Of a stretch of DNA of 46,178 nucleotides, positions 35,473 to 45,666 are shown one piece after another. A program made the position numbers and the translations under genes. Under the pieces are notes generated by a model, which was not told where the DNA came from, did not search any database, and saw nothing but the letters and a program-made list of their open reading frames with translations. This DNA comes from a virus. Its lineage: Duplodnaviria; Caudoviricetes. Position 1 is the stretch's first letter. Every line of letters begins with the position of its first letter. The stretch lies in the IMG/VR virus record IMGVR_UViG_3300012942_000067, positions 1 to 46,178 of that record; one strand, written 5' to 3'.

Positions 35473-35969
35473 CCGACAGCATCCGCTTCCTGGCTCCGGA
35501 GTCGCATCGCATCCCCTCGGAGTGCCCGGTGTGCGGCGCGTACTCGCTGGCGCCTGACGCCAACGTCTCCGCGCTGCTCGCCGTCGCTGACGTGCTGGTG
35601 GTGAAGGCGCTGGAGAAGCTCGGCAACTACATCGTGCGCGCCGAGCGTGCCCGGTTCAACGCCATCACTGCGCTCGACAAGCCGCACGCCCTCGCCCACA
35701 CCATCTGGCGACCCACCGACCCCATGGTGGACAAGGCCCTTCGCGGCGCGTGGGACGTGGTGCCCGCGCTGCTGGAGCGGCACGGCGGCTGCTGCGACTA
35801 CGACTCCTCGACGGTAATCGAGGCGCTGGATCAGTACGTGCACGACATCGCCATCCTCGGCCAGCCTCACGACATCGACGAGCTGGCCTACCGCCTCGAT
35901 GCACGCGCCGGGGTGCCGGTATATCGTGTTGCCGTGTCCCAACTTCGGGCCGCGACGAATGGAGCATGA
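35469..35969 (+). CDS. hypothetical protein
   Basis: ATGA overlap with portal; ECPVC. Confidence 0.7.
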   Translation: MTDSIRFLAPESHRIPSECPVCGAYSLAPDANVSALLAVADVLVVKALEKLGNYIVRAERARFNAITALDKPHALAHTIWRPTDPMVDKALRGAWDVVPALLERHGGCCDYDSSTVIEALDQYVHDIAILGQPHDIDELAYRLDARAGVPVYRVAVSQLRAATNGA

Positions 35970-35970
35970 G

Positions 35971-36609
35971 ATGAGCGACGAGACTGCCGCGCCCGACAGC
36001 GGCGCCACCGATGAGCCGACCGAGCCGACGGAACCCACCGAGACGGCCGAGCCCACCGCGCCGGTCTTCGACGGCGAGCACAACCCCAAGCTGGACATCC
36101 TGCACGAGGCCGAACGCCTCGCCAAGGAGGCCATCCACGATGCCGAGCACGTGGTCGAGACGGTGTTCGAGGACGCCCGCGACGAGATCGCGAAGCTCTC
36201 CGACCGCAACGTCCCGACCTCCGACTCAGACAGCGCGTCGACCGCGGAGTCCGAGTCAACCTCGGACGTCCCGGCCAGCGAGACCGAGAGCGAGGCCGCG
36301 CCGGTCGTCGACGCGAGTCCGGACGCAACCGCCTCCGAGTCTGCCGCGCCCGAGCCCACCGCCGACTCCGAGTCCGCGACCGAGCCTGCCGCGCCCGTCG
36401 AGAGCGAGAGCGTGACGCCGGTCGAGCCGGAGCCCGTCGCTTCGGAGACGAGCGACGCCCCGGTCGAGTCCGAGAGCGCTGCTCCGGTCGAGTCCGAGTC
36501 GGTCGCGCCGGTCGAGTCGGAGAGCACCACGCCGGTCGCCGAGAGCGAAGCTCTGGCGCCGGTGGAGAGCGAGATGGCCTCGGAGAGCACGTCCGAGACG
36601 GCTGAGTAA
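35971..36609 (+). CDS. highly acidic low-complexity protein with APVESES repeats
   Basis: E/S/T/P/A-rich; GGAG RBS; TAATG coupling to MuF. Confidence 0.7.
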   Translation: MSDETAAPDSGATDEPTEPTEPTETAEPTAPVFDGEHNPKLDILHEAERLAKEAIHDAEHVVETVFEDARDEIAKLSDRNVPTSDSDSASTAESESTSDVPASETESEAAPVVDASPDATASESAAPEPTADSESATEPAAPVESESVTPVEPEPVASETSDAPVESESAAPVESESVAPVESESTTPVAESEALAPVESEMASESTSETAE

Positions 36610-37631
36610 TGCCCACGGGCGAGGTGGAGGACTCCGGCGACGAGCCGGTCAAGCTCGCCGCCCGCTTCACCTCGCCCGGAGCCGCCATCGCCGCGCAGAA
36701 ACGCGAGGAGTTGGCGCTGGAGCGTGCGCTGGCGGCGGCGGTGCACGAGATGCTGCTGACGCTGAAGGCGCAGGCGCTTGCCCACTCCCTCACCTCCAAG
36801 TCGGCGGAGCAAGCCTGGTCGCAGGCCGTGGATGACGCCGTGGAAGGCTTCGGCATTCCCCTCGACTCCGAGGAGGGCATCTTCCTCGGTGCGCGACTGC
36901 GGGAGTCTGACCTGGGTAGCGAAGCCTACGACGACATCCGCGCCGTGCAGCAGAAGTCCGCGCAGACCTACCCGGCGCCGTCCAAGGAACAGCTGTCGGT
37001 GGCGTTGGACGTCGCTCTCGGCATCGAGACCGCGCGCGCCAGTCTGAGCCTGGTTCCCAATCCACTTGTCCTACCGAGCGTGTCACTTGGTGGCCGGAAG
37101 CAGCCCCGGGAGCGCGTGACGAAGAGCAAGCTGCCCGGCGATGCCGAGCCCGAGCAAGAGTCTGCGAGGACTTCGGTCAGGATCAGCAGGTCGTCGGCTC
37201 AGAAGCCGCCCGCGCAGAAGAAGCCAGTGCAGGAGCCACCAGTGCAGGAGCCGGTGGTGCCGAAGCAGGAGGCACAGAAGCAAGCTCTGGCCGCTGCCAA
37301 CCTCACCGAGACGAAGAGGCAGCGCGTCAAGCGCGCGGTGGAGCGCGGATACACCGGCTTCGCCGGATACCAGACGATGATGGCGCTGGCCGCAGCGGGA
37401 GTCATGAACAAGCGCTGGGTGACTCGGCACGACGACAAGGTACGCCCGACGCATGCCGCCGCTGAAGGCCAGACCGTGCCCATCGCCGCAGCGTTCATCG
37501 TTGGCGGCGAGGCACTGAAGTACCCCGGAGACCCGACCGGCAGCCCCGGTGAGACGTACAACTGTCGGTGCGTGACCGTGGCCGGTGCTTCGCCAGCTTC
37601 GCGCGCGGCACAGGCAGCCTCCGAGCGCTAG
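36609..37631 (+). CDS. MuF-like minor head protein
   Basis: KRWVTRHDDKVRPTH...GQTV...LKYPGDP...NCRC. Confidence 0.85.
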   Translation: MPTGEVEDSGDEPVKLAARFTSPGAAIAAQKREELALERALAAAVHEMLLTLKAQALAHSLTSKSAEQAWSQAVDDAVEGFGIPLDSEEGIFLGARLRESDLGSEAYDDIRAVQQKSAQTYPAPSKEQLSVALDVALGIETARASLSLVPNPLVLPSVSLGGRKQPRERVTKSKLPGDAEPEQESARTSVRISRSSAQKPPAQKKPVQEPPVQEPVVPKQEAQKQALAAANLTETKRQRVKRAVERGYTGFAGYQTMMALAAAGVMNKRWVTRHDDKVRPTHAAAEGQTVPIAAAFIVGGEALKYPGDPTGSPGETYNCRCVTVAGASPASRAAQAASER

Positions 37632-37721
37632 TCGACACGGCGAACCGTCACGGCGCTATGATGCCGATGACGGTGGGGCCCCGTCTAGACTTCTGCCGAA
37701 CTGGCGATGACGGGAGACACG

Positions 37722-40478
37722 ATGGGCAAGACCTGGGCCGGGATCATCGGTTATGAGGGCCTGAAGACCGGCGACGGCCGCTACATCGAGCCCGGCGCGC
37801 TGAAGTGGGGCTCGCTCCCCATGCCGTTGCGCTACGTCACGCAGGACAACGGCGCGCACGACGGCGCGCAGGTCGCAGGCCACGTGCTGCGCATCGAGCG
37901 CCTGGAACCGAACGAGCAGGGCATCGTCGGCATCTGGGCCGCAGGCGACTTCGACGACGACTCCGAGCTCGGCAAGGAGGCCGCCCGGCAGGTCGAGAAG
38001 CAGCTCACCACTGGCGTCTCGATGGACCTGGACGACGTGGCTTTCGAGGTGCGCCGCGAGGAGATGAGCAAGGAGGCCAAAGCCGACCGCTTGCGCCGCA
38101 TGCTCTCCGGCGAGGGCGAGTCGATGGGTCGTGAGAAGGGCGACACGATGGTCACCACCGGTGCCCGTATCCGCGCCATCACCCAGGTCGCCATCCCCGC
38201 CTTCGAGGGCGCCCGCATCGGCCTCGCCTCGGACACCGCCCCGTCTGCGACGCCGGGCGTCGAGTTCACGGCCTCCGACCCCGCCAACGGCACGCAGACC
38301 GTTCTCGCCTCTGGTGCCGTGCTTGCGCTTGGCCTCTCTCGCCAGGAGAAGAAGCGGGCGGAGCGCATGGCCGCCGTCAAGGCGCGTACCCTCGCGGCGC
38401 GCGTCGCCGCGCTGCGGGGCGAGAAGTCGCAGAGCTTCTCCTACAACCCGATGGAGCTGCGCGACCCCGAGAACGGGCAGTGGATCGACTCGCCGACGAA
38501 GGCGTTCAAGGAGATCAGCGACATCGCTGGCGACCTGCACTTCCAGTCGGTCACCAGTGACAGCCAGTTCCACTCCAGCCTCAGTGACCTGCAGTCCGCG
38601 GGCGAGAACTTCGACAGCGCGGTGACCGGCGGCGACATCGACCAGGCCACCTCGGCGCTGAGCGACGCCCGGGACGCACTGTCGGACATGCAGAACGCCG
38701 CGCAGGACATCCGCGAACCCCAGACGGCAGACAGCCTGCGCAGCCAGCTTGCTGACGCTCAGCAGGGCATCTCCACCCTTCAGGACCCGACCACTCTCGA
38801 CGCGATCATCCAGCAGGCGAGCAACTCTTCGTTCGCAGGTGATCTCGGCAAGAGCGACCTGGGCAAGAGCGACAAGGCTCAGGACCTCCTCGACTCCGGC
38901 TGGAGCAAGAAGCTCGGCAACGGGTTCTCCAACCCGGACGGCTACCAGGCCGACTTCGACGGCAGCCAGCTCAAGGTCACCTCGCCTGAGGGCGACAGCG
39001 TTCCAAACGCCCTGGGATCGCCGCTGCACAACAGCGTGGACAGCGTGAACGACTCTGTAGCGGAGCATGCCGCATCGGTTGCTCCGGCGCCGACGAGGGT
39101 CGCAAACACGCCTCCCGACTGGGTCAATCAACGCCTCGGAGACTTGGTACCTGGGGACATCTTCGATCACCCGGGCCGCCCTGGGCTTAGCACCCTGCAG
39201 GTTCAGACGGTGACGAAGAACGGAGATATCCGAGCGACGAGCACGGGAGCGGGTCTCAGCTCTCTCGCCCCGGGACAGCGCGTTTCCCTCGACCCGAACG
39301 CTCAGGTCATCCTCAAGGGAGGACCCACGAACGACCGGCTCCTTCGGGAGGAGTACGACGCCAAGTACCCATCGCCTGCGGTGGCTGCTCCAGCAGCCAC
39401 CGGTATCGGCAGCCTTCCGGCACATGCCACGGGCGACAACCTCGTGAACTCGCGAGACCTGAAGCCCGGTGACGTCGTGTCCCACCCGCGCATGGGCGAC
39501 AACGTGCGCGTGCTGCAGAACGAGACCAACCCGAGCGCCACTCGGCAGCGCGTCACCTACCAGGACGCCGACGGCAACGTCACGACGCGCTCGATGAAGC
39601 CGACCTGGAAGACTCAGGTCCACTCATCGACTCAGCTCGGCAACACGGACGGCACCCCCAGCGCTCCCGGTCGTGGAGTCACCGCTGCCCCGCGCAGCAC
39701 TCTTCCGGCAGGCGCTCCCGCGAACTGGGACGACATGTCGTCCTCCGAGAAGGACCTGTGGGAGGAGCGGAACGCTCGCGCAGGCGCTCGTGCGCGGCAG
39801 ATCGTCAACGACGGCGCTGCCCGAGACGCGGTTCGCGCGAACTCCCGAGCACAGGCGGCGGCCGCAGGCGTCTCGGCGCAGGCGACCGGCTCGACGAACC
39901 CCGGCACCGAGTTCCGCAAGGGCGACTCCGTGCGCGCCGTCACCGCGGACACTCGCACCGGCCACATGCGTCAGGTGGAGGGCCGTGTCACCAACGTCTA
40001 CAAGGACGCCGACGGCAACCTCGGCTCCTACGAGGTGACGGACGCAGCTGATCACACCCACCAGGTCGTCCCGAAGCTCGGCCACTCGATCACGGCGAAG
40101 CCCGGCACACGCACTGAGACGCGCGTGAAGGCTGCGGCGACGCGTGCCGCCGCTGCGCAGTCACGGGCGGCCGGGCGCGTTCCGGTCGACTCCACCGGCA
40201 CCGCGCTTGACCGGCTGAACTCCGGCGCGCTGAGCTCCGAGCTCGGCAGCATGAGTGACGCGGACCTCCTGCAGGCGCTGCGCTACTACCTCGCGAAGGG
40301 TGGCTCGTCCTCGCTCATCTCCGCCCTCCGTCAGGCGGCAGCCTCGCGCGGCCTCTCGGCGAACGGATCGCTGGCGTCGGCGGGGATCAGCACTTTCACG
40401 GACGCCTCCGGCAACCCGGTGCTCGTGCACGCCGGACGCGCCTACGAACTCAGCGGGCAGAAGATCGGGGCGTTCTGA
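37722..40478 (+). CDS. prohead protease domain fused to a long variable extension
   Basis: N-terminal W.G...EG..TGDGR, PMPL, HDGA, GVSMDLDD and QVAIPAF; then RDP.NGQW motif and several SH3-like repeats. GGGAG RBS. Confidence 0.65.
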   Translation: MGKTWAGIIGYEGLKTGDGRYIEPGALKWGSLPMPLRYVTQDNGAHDGAQVAGHVLRIERLEPNEQGIVGIWAAGDFDDDSELGKEAARQVEKQLTTGVSMDLDDVAFEVRREEMSKEAKADRLRRMLSGEGESMGREKGDTMVTTGARIRAITQVAIPAFEGARIGLASDTAPSATPGVEFTASDPANGTQTVLASGAVLALGLSRQEKKRAERMAAVKARTLAARVAALRGEKSQSFSYNPMELRDPENGQWIDSPTKAFKEISDIAGDLHFQSVTSDSQFHSSLSDLQSAGENFDSAVTGGDIDQATSALSDARDALSDMQNAAQDIREPQTADSLRSQLADAQQGISTLQDPTTLDAIIQQASNSSFAGDLGKSDLGKSDKAQDLLDSGWSKKLGNGFSNPDGYQADFDGSQLKVTSPEGDSVPNALGSPLHNSVDSVNDSVAEHAASVAPAPTRVANTPPDWVNQRLGDLVPGDIFDHPGRPGLSTLQVQTVTKNGDIRATSTGAGLSSLAPGQRVSLDPNAQVILKGGPTNDRLLREEYDAKYPSPAVAAPAATGIGSLPAHATGDNLVNSRDLKPGDVVSHPRMGDNVRVLQNETNPSATRQRVTYQDADGNVTTRSMKPTWKTQVHSSTQLGNTDGTPSAPGRGVTAAPRSTLPAGAPANWDDMSSSEKDLWEERNARAGARARQIVNDGAARDAVRANSRAQAAAAGVSAQATGSTNPGTEFRKGDSVRAVTADTRTGHMRQVEGRVTNVYKDADGNLGSYEVTDAADHTHQVVPKLGHSITAKPGTRTETRVKAAATRAAAAQSRAAGRVPVDSTGTALDRLNSGALSSELGSMSDADLLQALRYYLAKGGSSSLISALRQAAASRGLSANGSLASAGISTFTDASGNPVLVHAGRAYELSGQKIGAF

Positions 40479-43400
40479 TGGCTGGACCCGGGCTGCTGAA
40501 GGACGGCTCCGCTCCTGCCTGCAAGTACTGCAAGAAGCGGGCGACCGGTTACGTGCTGCACGCGGAGGGCATGGCGTACATCCCCTTCTGTGCCAACCAC
40601 GAGGCCAAGGCCGTGTCCGACGCCGAGCACTCAACCCCGGACGGCTCCCGCGACCCGGGCAACGTGGATCGTGTTGGCTCCTACGCGCACGCTGTGCTCG
40701 CGGCCGAAGAGCTGCAGACCTTCTACGACACCACCCCGCTCGGCCCCGGCAAGCTCTGGGGCCTGCCGAAGGGCGTCGGCCTGCCGCCGTTCATCCGTGC
40801 CGTCGCGCATGCACTGGAGCGCAGCGGGAAGACCGAGGGCGAAGCAATACAGCTGGCCGTCGGCGTCATCCGCAACTGGGCTGAGGGCAAAGGCAAGGTG
40901 ACGCCTAAGACACGCGCCAAAGCCGTCGCCACCATCGCCCGCTGGGAGGCACTCCGCGCCGCTGCGCACGCGAAGTCCGGTGCGAAGAAGGTCGGGAAGG
41001 CCGCCTCCGGCAAGCACGCCTCACAGATTCGCCCTGAGGGCTCTACTATGTCGTCAGGGCCGGAAGGGAGTGGCATGTCCACGCAGAAGTTCGACCTGGA
41101 CCCGCACCAGCGCGGCGCCATCTTCCTCCTCGCCAACACCGGCGCGGCGGAGGCGGTGGGCTGGAAGCCGAGCGACGACGGCTGCCCAGCAGGCACCTGC
41201 TTCACCGACGACGAGGGCTGGAAGATCAGCCTGGACCCGGGCCGCGGCGACGTGCCGCCCTCGTTCAACATCTACGACGCGGACGGGAACCTGCGCGGCA
41301 ACGAGGACTCATTCCCCGAGGCTGCGCTCTCGGCCGCCAACAAGCAGGAGGTGCCGGACGTGGACCCCGACAACGACGGCGACATCGACGCCTCAGTCAT
41401 CCCGGCCGCAGGTCCGCTCGGTCTCGACACCGATGACGACGACGACGAGAACTCGGGCGACGAGGATGACGACCAGGATTCCGGCGCGCTCGACCTCGAC
41501 AACCTCGACGTCGCGGCGCTGATCAAGCTGCTCGGCGGCATCATCGAGGACTCCGGCGAGGACGACTCGCCCTCCGGCGTCGTGGTCATCGCCGCACCGG
41601 ACGACAACGATGACTCCGACGACGACTCGGACGATGACGACGATGACGACTCGGGAGACGACGACTACGCCATGAGCACCGACACCTTCGCCTCCAAGAA
41701 GGCGGCTCCCGTCCTGGCCTTCGACCAGGTGGGCAACATCCTCGGCCTGGTGGACGCGAAGAACATCCAGCAGGTGCAGACCATCGAGCCCTCGATGCAG
41801 AACCCGATGGCGGGCGGCTTCCCGCCTGCCCCGGTCGAGGACTCCGGCGCCGCGGACGCCGCTCAAGCAGCTCCGGCCGCCCCGGCAGCTCCCGCGCCGG
41901 TGCCGACGGTGGACGCCAACGGCAACCCCATCGACCCCAGCATGCAGACTCAGACCGTGGACGCGAACGGTAACCCGCTCCCGCAGCCTCCGGCCGCCAC
42001 CCCGGCCATGGCCGCTGACGGCACCTTCGAGTTCGCGGCGGCGATCCGGGAGTCCTTCGCCAAGGCGAAGCCCACCGGCATCGCGGCGACGGCGACCGAG
42101 AACATGGTGCCGGTCTACGACAAGGACGGCAACCTCATCGGCGTCGTCGAGGCGTCGGCGGTGCAGCCGCTGCAGCAGCCCGCCGCGCCCGGCAACCAGG
42201 TGCAGGTCGGCCAGCCGCAGACTCCGGGTGCCACCGCCGCGGAAGGCGTGCAGGCGTTCGCCGCAGGCACCCTGACTGCGGACGGCGAGGCCGAGGTGGA
42301 GATGGACGAGGACGAGATCGCGGAGCTGCGCGAGCTCGCCGCCTCGGTCGAGTACTGGCGCGACTACACCGACGCCACCCGTCAGAAGCAGGCGAAGAAG
42401 GGCATCGCCCTCCCGGACGGCAGCTTCCCCATCGCCAACGGCAAGGACCTCGCCAACGCGATCAAGTCGGTGGGCCGGGCGAAGAACCCCGCCAAGGCCA
42501 AGGCTCACATCATGAAGCGCGCCCGCGCACTGAAGCAGACGGACAAGGTGCCGTCGTCGTGGGCGACAGAGAGCGAGATCGACGAGGAGCTGGAGCTCAC
42601 CTTCCTCGACTCCGATCTTTCGGGCGAGCAGTATGAGCCGGAGCAGCGCGCGCTGGTGGCCTCGGGCGCCGAGGTGCTCGCCGCGCCCATCGCCCCGCCC
42701 AAGGCGTGGTTCACGCGCGAGGAGGCCGACGGTCCCACCCCGCTCACCATCACCGACGACGGCCAGGTCTACGGCCACCTCGCCACCTGGGACGTGTGCC
42801 ACCTCGCGATGCCGAACGGCGTGAACGAGTGCGTGACGGCTCCCAAGTCCGACACCGACTACTCCCTCTTCCACCTGGGCGTCGTCAAGACCGAGGAGGG
42901 CGCGGAGGTGCCGGTGGGCCGCATCACCATGAACACCACCCACGCCGGGGACGCTTACAACTCCCGCCGCGCCATCGCCCACTACGAGAACACTGGACTG
43001 GCGGTGGCGGACGTGCACGCGAAGAACGGCAAGTTCGGCATCTGGCTGGCGGGCGCGGTGCGCCCGGACGCCACCCCCGCGCAGCTGCGGGCGCTGAAGG
43101 CCAGCCCGCTGTCCGGCGACTGGCGCCGCACCCCTCGCGGCTCCATGGAGCTGGTCATGGCCCTGGCCGTGAACCAGCCGGGCTTCCCGATCCCTCGCCC
43201 GCAGGGCCTGGTGGCCTCCGGCGCGCTGCAGTCGCTGGTGGCGGCGGGGATGCTCCCGCCGAAGCAGGTGATCAAGCCGGGGAAGCCGGGCGCGTTCTCG
43301 GTGGAGGACCTGCGGTACCTGAAGTCGATCATCCAGCGCGAGAAGGAGGCTGCGGAGACGGCGGAGCTGTCCGCTCGCGCTCAGGAGCTTCACGCTCGTG

Positions 43401-43549
43401 CCGTGGAGGCCGCCTCGGCCGCGCGAGTGGCCGCCTTCGGCTACCAGCGCCGGGTGGCGCTGAAGCAGCAGGCCACGCTCGCCGCCCGCGCCCAGCAGCT
43501 TCGGGCGCGCGCAGGACGCGCACTGGTCAAGAAGGACGAGGAGAAGTAG
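40478..43549 (+). CDS. large multidomain head-associated protein
   Basis: C-terminal PLTITDDGQVYGHLATWDVCH...LSGDWR...VNQPGFP typical of cluster-B-like maturation proteins; ALPDGSFPI module; Asp-rich tracts. Confidence 0.7.
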   Translation: MAGPGLLKDGSAPACKYCKKRATGYVLHAEGMAYIPFCANHEAKAVSDAEHSTPDGSRDPGNVDRVGSYAHAVLAAEELQTFYDTTPLGPGKLWGLPKGVGLPPFIRAVAHALERSGKTEGEAIQLAVGVIRNWAEGKGKVTPKTRAKAVATIARWEALRAAAHAKSGAKKVGKAASGKHASQIRPEGSTMSSGPEGSGMSTQKFDLDPHQRGAIFLLANTGAAEAVGWKPSDDGCPAGTCFTDDEGWKISLDPGRGDVPPSFNIYDADGNLRGNEDSFPEAALSAANKQEVPDVDPDNDGDIDASVIPAAGPLGLDTDDDDDENSGDEDDDQDSGALDLDNLDVAALIKLLGGIIEDSGEDDSPSGVVVIAAPDDNDDSDDDSDDDDDDDSGDDDYAMSTDTFASKKAAPVLAFDQVGNILGLVDAKNIQQVQTIEPSMQNPMAGGFPPAPVEDSGAADAAQAAPAAPAAPAPVPTVDANGNPIDPSMQTQTVDANGNPLPQPPAATPAMAADGTFEFAAAIRESFAKAKPTGIAATATENMVPVYDKDGNLIGVVEASAVQPLQQPAAPGNQVQVGQPQTPGATAAEGVQAFAAGTLTADGEAEVEMDEDEIAELRELAASVEYWRDYTDATRQKQAKKGIALPDGSFPIANGKDLANAIKSVGRAKNPAKAKAHIMKRARALKQTDKVPSSWATESEIDEELELTFLDSDLSGEQYEPEQRALVASGAEVLAAPIAPPKAWFTREEADGPTPLTITDDGQVYGHLATWDVCHLAMPNGVNECVTAPKSDTDYSLFHLGVVKTEEGAEVPVGRITMNTTHAGDAYNSRRAIAHYENTGLAVADVHAKNGKFGIWLAGAVRPDATPAQLRALKASPLSGDWRRTPRGSMELVMALAVNQPGFPIPRPQGLVASGALQSLVAAGMLPPKQVIKPGKPGAFSVEDLRYLKSIIQREKEAAETAELSARAQELHARAVEAASAARVAAFGYQRRVALKQQATLAARAQQLRARAGRALVKKDEEK

Positions 43550-43551
43550 CC

Positions 43552-43764
43552 ATGGCATGCAACTGTGGGAAGCCCAAGCCCGGCCAGCCCCTCGGTCGGC
43601 CCAAGCCCGGCCAGGCGCAGACCCAGAGCAACGGCGGCGGCCTGAGCGCGCGCACCCAGTCCTACTCGCTGGAGGCGCCGGACGGCTCCACCACGAAGTT
43701 CACGGGCTCCCTCATCGAGGCACAGGCGCGCGCCGCCCGCTCCGGCGCGACCATCCGGTTCTGA
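43552..43764 (+). CDS. small MACNC protein of the head module
   Basis: GAGGAG RBS; MACNCGKPKP...EAQARAARSGA. Confidence 0.7.
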   Translation: MACNCGKPKPGQPLGRPKPGQAQTQSNGGGLSARTQSYSLEAPDGSTTKFTGSLIEAQARAARSGATIRF

Positions 43765-43841
43765 GCAGCTTCCACCACTCGGCAGATGCGGCGCTCGGCC
43801 GCGTCAACTAGCATCACAGCACGACGAGACAGGAGATCATC

Positions 43842-44009
43842 ATGGCTTTTCCCGGCGGGGCTCCCAAGCCCAAGGTCAACAAGGTGTCTGGTGACGCGAA
43901 CGTCAACGCGAAGTCCGTCACGAAGCGCGCCATCGCCTCGCACGGCGGCACGCACGTGAAGGCAGGCCAGTCGGCGGCAGCGGGCTCGGCGAACCAGGAC
44001 AAGGCGTAA
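43842..44009 (+). CDS. 55-aa basic protein (not in ORF track)
   Basis: AGGAG RBS; [15 protein letters not shown]...QDKA; TAATG coupling to the endolysin. Confidence 0.7.
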   Translation: MAFPGGAPKPKVNKVSGDANVNAKSVTKRAIASHGGTHVKAGQSAAAGSANQDKA

Positions 44010-45163
44010 TGGCGACAGTCGACGTCGTTGACGTCAGCCACGCCGGGCAGGGGAACCTGCCGGAGTCCTTCTTCGCCTCCCTGGCCGCAGACGGCGTGAA
44101 GCGCGTCGCGATCAAGGCCGGTGGCGCCGACGCGGGCCTCTACAAGGACGCCGCGCACGACGCCTCGGTCGGCTTCGCTCGCAAGCACGGCCTGGGCGTC
44201 GACCACTACTTCTTCAACGGCCCCGGCACCACGGCCGCCCTCGCCGCCGCGTTCGTCGCCGACGTGAAGGGCACCTTCCAGACCGGCGATCGGCTCTGGC
44301 TGGACATTGAGCCGGATGGCTCCCTCCACGCCTGGCCTGCTGCCACCGCCCTCGCCATCGCGCAGGCCGTGAAGGCGGAGCTCGGCACGCTGCCGGGTGT
44401 CTACCTCAACGAGTCGCTGCTGAACGGGGACAACTGGGCCCCGAACGCCGCCGCAGGTCAGGGCCTGTGGATCGCGTTCTACTCGACCACGGCCACCCCG
44501 GCGCTGAAGTACTGGGACGCCTACGTCTACTGGCAGTTCACCTCCACCGGCCACCTGGCGGGCTACTCGGGCAACCTCGACGAGGACACCTCCGGCACCG
44601 GCGTGCCTGCCGCGCCGTCGGCCCCGGCCGCTCCCGCGACTCCGGCGCCCGCTCCGTCCCTGTCCGGCACGTACACGGTCAAGTCCGGCGACACGCTTTC
44701 CGGCATCGCGGCCAAGTACGGCACGACGGTGGCAGCCCTCGCGGCCGCCAACGGCATCAGCAATCCGAACCTGATCAAGGTCGGCCAGGTGCTGAAGCTT
44801 TCAGGCGCGGCCCCGGCTCCGGCCGCCGCCAGCACCTACGTCGTGAAGGCCGGGGACACCCTCTCGGGCATCGCGGGGGAGTTCCACGTGGCTGGCGGCT
44901 ACCAGGCTCTGGCAGCGCTGAACGGCATCGCCGATCCCGGCGAGATCAAGGTCGGCGAGGTGATCAAGCTGCCTGGGGCTGCCTCGGCTGCGCCGGTCGC
45001 CAAGCCCGCGGCGAGGACGTACACGGTGCAGAAGAACGACAACCTCACCACCATCGCCGCCCGCTTCGGTGTCTCCGTCGCCGCGCTCTACGCCGCCAAC
45101 AAGGCGCTGATCGGGCCTGACGAGAACCACATCGAGACCGGCTGGCACCTCACCATCCCGTAA
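44009..45163 (+). CDS. endolysin: GH25 muramidase plus three LysM domains
   Basis: VVDVSH, IKA, HYFF, WLDIE, LWIAFY, WQFTS and LDED; LysM starts [20 protein letters not shown] and [10 protein letters not shown]. Confidence 0.92.
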   Translation: MATVDVVDVSHAGQGNLPESFFASLAADGVKRVAIKAGGADAGLYKDAAHDASVGFARKHGLGVDHYFFNGPGTTAALAAAFVADVKGTFQTGDRLWLDIEPDGSLHAWPAATALAIAQAVKAELGTLPGVYLNESLLNGDNWAPNAAAGQGLWIAFYSTTATPALKYWDAYVYWQFTSTGHLAGYSGNLDEDTSGTGVPAAPSAPAAPATPAPAPSLSGTYTVKSGDTLSGIAAKYGTTVAALAAANGISNPNLIKVGQVLKLSGAAPAPAAASTYVVKAGDTLSGIAGEFHVAGGYQALAALNGIADPGEIKVGEVIKLPGAASAAPVAKPAARTYTVQKNDNLTTIAARFGVSVAALYAANKALIGPDENHIETGWHLTIP

Positions 45164-45240
45164 CGCCGGGCGTTCCTCTCGCACGGCGCGCCGACCGCCG
45201 TGACTTCGAGCGACGTCGGCACAGCGAGAAGGAGACAGTG

Positions 45241-45327
45241 ATGGAGCAGGAGATGGAGATGGTGGGCGGCTACGCCGCTCCCGTCGACCCGATGGACCTC
45301 ATGGAAGACACCAGCTGCTGCCAGTAG
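45241..45327 (+). CDS. 28-aa acidic peptide ending SCCQ
   Basis: AAGGAG RBS; MEQEMEMVGGYAAPVDPMDLMEDTSCCQ. Confidence 0.55.
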   Translation: MEQEMEMVGGYAAPVDPMDLMEDTSCCQ

Positions 45328-45350
45328 GCAGCGAGCACATCGAGGCTGAG

Positions 45351-45626
45351 ATGCACGGGTGGTTCTGGCACGTCCTGGACTTCTTCGGCATCGTCAACGA
45401 AGCCGGGCCAGGATATGGATTCTGGTCCGGCTTCGCTGGTGATCTGACCATCTTCGCCGCCGTCATCGGCTGGCTCTGGCATCACAACTGCCACGTGAAG
45501 GGCTGCTGGCGCCTCGGCCACCCGCACGAGGGCAAGGTCGCGTGCCGTAAGCATCACGCTCAGGTGCACCCGCACCTCGCCCGGCGCGACGCCGCGCTGC
45601 AGGAGAGCGAGCGCGACACGCGCTGA
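45351..45626 (+). CDS. small membrane protein with Cys/His-rich C-terminus (possible lysis accessory)
   Basis: YGFWSGFAGDL, TM segment, HNCHVKGCWRLG...CRKHH; downstream of the endolysin. Confidence 0.65.
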   Translation: MHGWFWHVLDFFGIVNEAGPGYGFWSGFAGDLTIFAAVIGWLWHHNCHVKGCWRLGHPHEGKVACRKHHAQVHPHLARRDAALQESERDTR

Positions 45627-45657
45627 CCGGCGCGCTTGCGCTTGAACGCTTCGGTGG

Positions 45658-45666
45658 TGCTACCAT
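45658..45666 (+). promoter_or_regulatory. extended -10 promoter for the capsid gene
   Basis: TGC-TACCAT, with TTGCGC 19 nt upstream of the hexamer. Confidence 0.5.

Noticed and set aside
39130-39620. DLKPGD/DLVPGD as an intein or Hint domain
   Set aside because: No N-terminal Cys/Ser block or terminal His-Asn; better explained as repeated SH3-like barrels
45182-45226. Pistol or hammerhead ribozyme
   Set aside because: Conserved core nucleotides are not evident
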